Assembly (NCBI GenBank): GCA_964016885.1
Contig: OZ024740.1
Span: forward strand, 114,700,001-114,764,000
Direction of reading: 5' to 3'
Length of the DNA: 64,000 nucleotides
Source: Eledone cirrhosa
Taxonomy: Eukaryota
A program made the position numbers and the translations under genes. Shown one piece after another: positions 55,390-64,000 of the stretch (position 1 is its first letter; each line of letters starts with the position of its first letter). The notes below the pieces were generated by a model, which saw nothing but the letters and a program-made list of their open reading frames with translations, was not told where the DNA came from and made no database searches.

Positions 55390-58300
55390 ATGGAGACTAG
55401 AACGTCATGTGACAGACTCTCACCCAACAGGTGCCCCCTGGCTCAGCAGCAGGAACCTGACTGTCAACCAAATACTGCTGATGTTGGAGGAAGGAGAAGA
55501 AGGAAAGGGGCCAGAACCAACTGGACGAAAGAATTGAATAGAACTGTTATGCAATGCTACCTGAAAAGTAACCCCAAGGAGAGGGGCTACAGGAGACGGA
55601 TGCATAACATCTGGAACGAGATTGGTTTATTTAAATTAGATGAACAAAAATTGGCCGGGCAGGCTCGGGTAATAAGAACTAATGGGTAGATAAGCGAGCT
55701 GGAACTGGAGGAACTGAGCAGAGAGAATGGCTTGGAGATGGCGGGTGTAGTATGCCAGACAAGCGAGCCAGTGGGAAATTAAGGTGAAGAGGTCCTGAGA
55801 ACGGAGGAACCACCCGAAGCAGACAATGATCTGAATACTGAGATAAATAATACCTGGAACAGAGATACGGCCACTGAGGAGATGAATGCTGACGGGCTAG
55901 GACAAGATTCGGTTGACATCCTAAATTTAGTGGTAGATGAATTGAACAATGATAGTGGGAGACCTATGAACCTAAGATTTGTAGACAGGAAAAAGTTAAA
56001 AGAAACAACAGCTAAGGTAAACAAAGTCATCCCATACCTTGAGGCGAGGAGCCTTCACCAGTGCAACAATATCCTCAGAGCAACAGCAAATACGGTGAGG
56101 AAACTACTTGGTATAAAAGCGAGAGGAAACAACAGACAAGAAAGAGCAGAGCCGTGGTGGAAGAAGCGACTGAGTGGGCAAATCGGGGAAATGAGAAATG
56201 ACATAGTAAAGCTTGAGTCACTACTGAATGGGACACTAAAAAACATAGGCACTAAAAATAGACTGGAAATAAAATACAAAACGAGGAGTAAAAAGCTAAA
56301 TATTATCATAGAGGAATTGAAGCAACGCATTGTAGCAAAGAGTGCAAAAATCAGGCGATACGAGAACAGAGTCAGCCAGTATAAACAGAACCGCATGTTC
56401 GACAACAACCAGAAGATGCTGTTTGGACAGCTTGAGGGCAAAGAAAGAGGCAACGACTTGATCCCTGGGGCGGAGCAAACTAAAACATTCTGGAGAGGAA
56501 TATGGGAGCAGGATGTTAGACACAATGCCCAGGCAGGGTGGATTGAGACAGTACAGAGGGAGATCGGTGAGCAGGCACAGCAACAGACTGATTTGAGTAT
56601 CACAGTTGAAACTCTTAAGGGGCAAGCCAAAAAACTAACCAACTGGAAATCACCAGGCCCAGATGGTGTGCAGGGGTATTGGATTAAACATCTAACATCC
56701 CTCCACCCGAAGCTGACGGCCATGTTCAATGACTGCTTGGTGTCGGGTGAGGTGCCAGAGTGGTTGACAAAAGGTACCACAGTTCTGATAATGAAAGACC
56801 GAATCAAGGGTAATGATGCTACCAACTATAGACCTATCACATGTCTGCCCGTAATGTGGAAACTGTTGACGAGCATTGTGTCTGAGGAAATCTACCATCA
56901 CCTCCACACAAACAACTTGTTGCCGGACGAACAGAAAGGATGCCGAAAGAAGTCACGTGGTACAAAGGACCAGTTGCTTATTGATAAGATGGTAATGGGG
57001 AATTGCAGGAGGAGACACACTGATCTTGCCATGGGATGGATAGACTACAGAAAGGCATTCGACATGGTGCCTCATTCCTGGATCACCAAAAGCCTGGAGA
57101 TCTTCAGGGTGGCAGATAACATCAGACAGTTGCTAGGCAGGAGTATGGGGTCCTGGGAGACAGAGTTGACATCAACTGGAGTATCCTTGGGAAGCGTGAA
57201 GATCAAGAGAGGTATCTTCCAGGGAGATAGCCTGTCCCCTCTGTCGTTTGTCCTTGCCCTGATGCCCTTGACCATTATGCTGCGAAAAGTGAGAGCAGGA
57301 TACAAGTTGGGAAGGGGAGAGCTTACCATCAATCACCTCCTCTTCACGGACGATCTTAAGCTCTTCGGGAAAAGTGAGAAGGAGTTGGATGTGCTTGTTG
57401 ACACTGTCCGTATTTTCAGCAGTGATATATGTATGCAGTTTGGTATTGGTAAATGTGGAGTCATTGTGATGAAGAGGGGTAGGTTGAGCAGAAGTAACGG
57501 GATCCAGATACAAACAGGTGAGATGATAAAGGAAATTGACTCTGAGGAAGGATACAAGTATTTGGGCGTTCTGGAGGCTGATGGCATAAAGAACAAAAAA
57601 ATGAAGGAATTGTTAAGAACTGAATACATTCGGAGAGTAAGGAGCGTATTGAAGTCACATCTGAACAGCAGAAATGCCATAAGCGCAGTAAATTCCCGAG
57701 CTGTGTCTATTATTAGGTACAGTGCGGGAATTCTGAGATGGAATGTTGCTGAACAGAAAGAAATGGATAGGAAGACTAGGAAGCTATTGACTATCTACAA
57801 CATGTTCCACAAGAGGAGTGATGTCGATAAACTCTACCTAAGGAGATCTGAGGGTGGAAGAGGTCTTATCAGCATAGAGGACTGTGTTCAGATGGAGAAA
57901 AACAACCTATACAAATACGTGACCTATAGTAAGGAGCCAATGCTCAGAGCTGTACTGAAGGAGGGGACAGTAGGCCAGGGGATGTCCAGGGAGGAAATAA
58001 CATTAAGGAGGAAGAGCAGCCTTAAGGGAAAACCCCTTCATAGTACCTTCTTTGAGAAAACTGAATTTAGAGATCCACAGACATGGAACTGGTTGAGAAG
58101 AGGAGACCTCAAAAAGGCTACAGAAGGAATGCTAATGGCTGCGCAGGAGCAGGCCCTCAAAACGAAGTGGTTGAAGCCCATATCTACAAGGAGGAGGCCA
58201 GCCCACTGTGCAGGATCTGTGGAGAGAGAGAGGAGACTGTGGCTCACATTGTGTCCGAGTGTAAACACCTAGCCCAGAACCACTATAAGGCCTGGAGACA

Positions 58301-58781
58301 CGATGTGATGGGCAGGGTGATCCACTGGCACCTGTGCAAAGTAAACAATCTACCACATTCTGAGAAATGGTATGAGCATAGGCCAGAGGCGGTGATGGAG
58401 AACAATCAGGTGAAGGTGCTGTGGGATTTTAGGATACAGACGGACAAAAAACTGGAACACAATAGACCTGACCTGGTGGTTGTGGACAAAGAAAACAGAT
58501 CGTGCCTGATTGTGGAGGTGGCCTGCCCGTTCGACACGAGAGTGCAAGAGAAGGAGAGTGAGAAAATTAACCGATACCAGGACCTAAAGTTGGAGGTGAA
58601 AAGGATTTGGAACTGCCATGAAGTCAAAGTGATCCCGATTGTCATAGGCGCACTGGAGACTATCTCCAAAAGTTTCCAGGGATGGTTAAAGAAAATCGGC
58701 CCCTTCACGCTTTTTGGAACGCTTCAAAAGGCATGCTTGCTTGGAACAGCAAGAACCCTCCGATACGTCCTGAATATCTGA
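55390..58781 (+). pseudogene. Family B ORF, copy 3
   Basis: Stops at 55687 and 55780, FMDD changed to FTDD, frameshift near 58177. Confidence 0.93.
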
Positions 58782-58854
58782 GGCTGCAGGTAGTGGCTTG
58801 ATATTCAATCCAACGGACTTTCCAGTTAACCAACATCAATGACTGAGATTCAAG

Positions 58855-58948
<94 letters not shown>

Positions 58949-59005
58949 AAGAAGAAGAAGAAGAAGAAGAAGAAGAAGAAGAAGAAGAAGAAGAAGAAGA
59001 AGAAG

Positions 59006-61289
59006 CACATGGTGGAAAGAAGGTCATGAAATCGCTCCCGTAATTTTTTAATTTTTAACATATTTAAATCAATTGTGAAATAACAATTCTTAGTACAAAT
59101 GATGCATAAGCACCAGACTCAAGTCTCTGGAAAATTCGGATCCATAATATATTGTTGTATCGCTCAAATATTCAATTTTGTAATATACATTTTACATTCA
59201 AAAAAGAAAATGGCTATAAATGGAAGAAAGCCCCCTCTGTCTACACTATATAGAACAGCCAAATAACAGCAATTTCACCAACACCACAAACTAGATACAC
59301 CACCTACCCCATCACTCCTCTGTGTACACTAAATACAACAGCCAGATAACGGCAATTTCACCACCTGCACCGCCAATACCAGTATAATAATTATAATTGC
59401 TATTATTATTGTCTCAAGTTTTCACAAAATGTTTAATTCCAATATTAAGAAAATAAAAAAACACATATACGCGACTAACCACATAGATTCACCGATCAAA
59501 CAAAAATACAGTCTATTCAACAAAACTCAGTAACGACAACGCCATCACTACAGTCACCGCTGCCACCATCCATCCATCATTGCTACCACTATCCCATCCC
59601 CGCCGCCGCCACTCCTTCATTGCTGCCACCGCTACTCACCCATTACCTTCTGTTAACTTACGAAAGGGGATGGTGGCGGTATCACTAGACAATGTTAATA
59701 AACAATATTAATATTTAATTTTGGATCAGGAATGTTAGAGTCGAAAAGGAGAAAAATGACAAAATGACTAAATAGCTAAATAGCTAAAGATAATTTCACC
59801 ACCAACACCGCCGCCACTACCACGCTAAAAACTCTGGTCAAGTTGCCTCGGCCGCTATTTCTACTCCAACTTCAACACCATCACTACAGTACTACGATCA
59901 CATCACCACCGCCACTGCCTCATTATCGCTGCCGCCGCTATTCCGTCCCACTGCCTACTGCTAGGTACTACTAGCACAGCACCGCCGCCACCACCGCCAC
60001 TGCCTCATTATCACTGCCGCCGCTATTCTCTCCCACTATCCCCTGCTACATCATAGTGTCCCCACTAACAGAGGAAGGCATCCAAATATATAAATAGACT
60101 GAATTGATGACCCGGTCAAAATCAAAAAGCCAAAAATCAAAATCAAAGCAGCACAGCAACAACGAAAAGCGTAAAGAAATGAAAAATGAAGAGAAAAACA
60201 AACAGACGGACAGAGAAGGGAAGGGAAAAACTAAGTCAGACATTCAAACATTACATTACAATGAAACTTATGCTTATTCATTTTTTTTTGGGGGGGGGGG
60301 GTCCTGTTTGTTTGTTTGTTTATTTATGTTCGTCTACAGCGTGATAATGCCACACAAAAATCACCGGGAGTGACGAAATCACCGGGGATGATGAAATCAC
60401 CGGTGGTTATGTAACCATACATTCGCAAATCCTCGATAAGAGTGTTTAAATGTCGAACCTAAACAGTTCGAATAACGGTGAAATGGAGACTAGAATGTCA
60501 TGTGACAGGCTCTCACCCAACAGGTGCTCCCTGGCTCAGCAGCAGGAACCTGACTGTCAACCAAATACTGCTGGTGTCGGAGGAAGAAGAAGAAGGAAAG
60601 GGACCAGAACCAACTGGACGAAAGAATTGAATAGAACTGTTATGCAATGTTACCTGAAGAGTAACCCCAAGGAGAAAGGCTATAGGAAACGGATGCATAA
60701 CATCTGGAACGAGAGTGGTCTATTAAAATTAGATGAACAAAAATTGTGATGGGCAGGGTGATCCACTGGCACCTATGCAAAGTAAACAATTTACCACATT
60801 CTGAGAAGTTGTATGAGCATAAGCCAGAGGCGGTGATAGAAAACGATCAGGTGAAGGTGCTGTGGGATTTTAGGATACAGACGGACAAGAAACTGGAACA
60901 TAATAGACCTGACCTGGTGGTTGTGGACAAAGAAAAAAGATCGTGCCTGATTGTGGATGTGGCCTGCCCACTCGCAAGAGAAGGAGAGGGAGAAAATTAA
61001 CCGATACCAGGACTTAAAGTGGGAGGTAAAAAGGATTTGGAACTGCCATGAAGTCATAGGCGCACTGCCGATTGTCATAGGCGCACTAGGTACTATCTCA
61101 AAAAGTTTCCAGGGATGGTTAAAGAAAATTGGCCCCTTCACGCTTTTTGGAACGCTTCAAAAGGCATGTTTGCTGGGAACAGCAACAACCCTCCGATACG
61201 TCCTGAATATCTGAGGCTGCAGGTAGTGGCTTGATATTCATTCCAACAAACTTTCCAGTTAACTAACATCAATGACTGAGACTCAAAGA
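59006..61289 (+). mobile_element. Family B copy 4: more diverged, with an internal deletion of the whole RT
   Basis: The N-terminal coding part (60450-60745) is fused to the RLE part (60746-61214); (TAA)n tail. Confidence 0.9.
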
Positions 61290-61670
61290 ATAATAATAAT
61301 AATAATAATAATAGTATTAATAGGACAATGGCGATTAAAATTTATTGGTAATATTGATAAGGAAAGATAATAAATACCCGATAGAAAAAAAAATAGGATA
61401 TAAACAGTTAAACGATGGAGTAAACAATTGAGTAGGAGTTTATAAACAAATGAAAAAGTTTAGCAACAGAGATAAAATATAGAGAATGATAAAATATAGA
61501 GATGTTTATTTTCGTATTTCTATCACCTCTTTCAATCACACACACACACATACACACACAAACACACACACACACAAACACACACACAAACACAAACACG
61601 CATAAACACACACACAAACACACACACACACAAATACACAGATATAATTAAGTAAATATATATGTATATA

Positions 61671-61760
<90 letters not shown>

Positions 61761-61805
61761 TATATAGATATATACATAAATAAATAAATACACACACACT
61801 TATAA

Positions 61806-61880
<75 letters not shown>

Positions 61881-62539
61881 CATATATATATATGTGTGTG
61901 TGTGCGCGCGTGTGTGTGTATGAGTGTATGTATATGTGTATGTATTTGTGTGCATCGTTTCGTTACTATATACGTGTATCTTTGCGTGAATCTATATCCT
62001 AATTTCACTTTTAATATCGACAGAAATTAATTATAGATTACAATGATTTGTTGCCATTTTTATGCTTTTCTTTTCATATGATTTAATGTGTTTGTGCCTT
62101 TTCTTACAACTATTGTGTTTTTCCCGACATTTTTTCTCTCCCTATTAATTGCGGTAATTTTTTTTGCCCCGTTATTTATTCTATTTCTTTCTCTCTCCTT
62201 TGTTAGCGTGAAAAATATTTGTGCCACAAATAATTAACGGAGACTTAATGACGCTACTAAGTATTCATATATCTATTTATCAGTTATAATTGATTTCTTA
62301 ATAATTATAAATGTCTCTTTTTTCTCCCCCCATCCCTATATTTATTTTGTGTGTTTCCCTTCACTTTTTTTACTTTTAATTCATCTTTTAATCTCCATTG
62401 TTTTGTATAGTACTCTAATTCTTTACTGTCCTCCTGTTACGATCATGTTCTGCGTTCCTTTATTGCTAGACAATTAAGAATAGTGCTGACGAAGGATTAT
62501 TTATATACATACATATATATATATGTGTGTGTATGTATG

Positions 62540-62585
<46 letters not shown>

Positions 62586-62795
62586 CGTATATCTTACATG
62601 ATTTTAATTACGCATCGGCGATAACAAATGTTCAAATATCATGCAGATGAGTGATGATAAATTAGGTTCTAAATGATAATTAGTTTCTAAAATCGTATTT
62701 GGTTTTTACAACCAAACACTCTATCCATGAACTAGATGTTAAATTATGCCTACGCTGCAAGTCATCAACCAAACCTATTAACACGATATCAATTA

Positions 62796-62855
<60 letters not shown>

Positions 62856-62870
62856 CGTGTGTGTGTGTGT

Positions 62871-62916
<46 letters not shown>

Positions 62917-62920
<4 letters not shown>

Positions 62921-63066
62921 GGTAAACAGAAATAACAACACAACCAGTACAGTATATGGAAGGAATATATTAGATTAACGCTTGAAATAGCAAGAGGAGG
63001 GTCTTAGCGTTTCGGACGCTAGTCCTTCATAAGAAAAAAGAATGAGGAATAAGATAGATTGAAGGG

Positions 63067-63069
<3 letters not shown>
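62917..63069 (-). mobile_element. PLE-derived short repeat with minimal HHR at 63002-63036
   Basis: Minus strand: CTTATGA-A-GGAC tagc GTCC-GAAACGCTA-AGA; homologous to 31096-31258. Confidence 0.75.
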
Positions 63070-63134
<65 letters not shown>

Positions 63135-63149
63135 ACGCACACTCACACA

Positions 63150-63233
<84 letters not shown>

Positions 63234-63714
63234 AACATAATATATTATTCCTTTGCGAACATATGCCACGTTCGAATTTACATTACAATTCCGTTTCGAC
63301 ATTCTCTAATATAGTTCTAATGATCAGAAATCATGTAAAATAGATATATAGTGTGCAGTATTTTATTAATAACCTAGAATTAATGGCTTCTAATTTAAGC
63401 TCAATGCCAGCAATTTAAAGGAATGAGAATGTCGATCACAACGGCTCCAGCTCTTGATCTGTATTTTCTTTTATCGATGGTCAAACATTTTGGCCTCGTG
63501 CCTAAATCAGAAACCATCATTTTATAAATTCTTACCAATAGAAAGCTGGTTTCTAACATAGACACGATACTCCTTTCATTTGGATTTGGACAACATAAAC
63601 TAGGTAAATATGTAAGCACATGTATCTTATTGTAGAAATGGATCTGTATGCTTTGAGTTATATGTTTGCATGTGCATATGTTTTATATCTATACATATGT
63701 AGATATGCAGTTAT

Positions 63715-64000
63715 TACATGCAGAATTTTGGGAATCTTTTACATATTTTTTATAGTTCAATTAATGGATTGTAATTGTAACTTCCTAACTAGTCCTGTTC
63801 TTTATGGTTCTGTGAAACTTAGCTTCACAAGATTTGTACTGAGACAGTTACTAACATATCCTAGAGCGCCAGTGATCACAGGTATAAATCTGAAATCATA
63901 GTCAGGTTGGCATATTTGCATAGATGTTCTCCTTTCCGCTAATTTTTAATATTATATTGACATCTAATGTGTAGCTGACATTGACTACTCTCCTGCGTTC
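63715..64000 (-). pseudogene. Degraded C-terminus of a third RLE-type non-LTR retrotransposon family
   Basis: Manual minus-strand translation: PDYDFRFIPVITGALGYVSNCLSTNLVKLSF..LVRKLQLQSIN*TIK, matching the IPV.IGALG motif of families A and B. Confidence 0.7.

Larger units (their letters stand above)
53680..58856 (+). mobile_element. Family B copy 3
   Basis: Near-identical to copy 2; followed by (TAA)n(GAA)n. Confidence 0.92.

Noticed and set aside
62480-62505. CTGACGAAGG as a hammerhead
   Set aside because: Runs into microsatellite with no GAAA half visible.

Overview
This is AT-rich, microsatellite-saturated eukaryotic DNA. Its repeat content suggests a cephalopod or octopus-like genome, which is an inference and not a database result. 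I found no convincing host gene. Almost all [12 protein letters not shown]-type ORFs are translations of (TA)n/(TG)n tracts. The window has three main components. (1) Penelope-like retroelements (PLEs: RT plus C-terminal GIY-YIG endonuclease) sit in (TA)n with inverted pseudo-LTRs, including a ~3.8 kb inverted repeat (20906-24753 vs 25587-29412) and a perfect 345 bp palindrome. (2) About 11 hammerhead-ribozyme (HHR) motifs are present. They include a family whose stem II is expanded to 86-115 nt and whose structure is kept between sequence-divergent copies. (3) A ~23.5 kb nested, head-to-tail array of non-LTR retrotransposons lies in (TAA)n: two R4/Dong-like families plus a full-length-looking Tx1-like L1. 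SINEs, a (TA)n-embedded hairpin element with a Helitron-like end, and other TE relics fill the rest.
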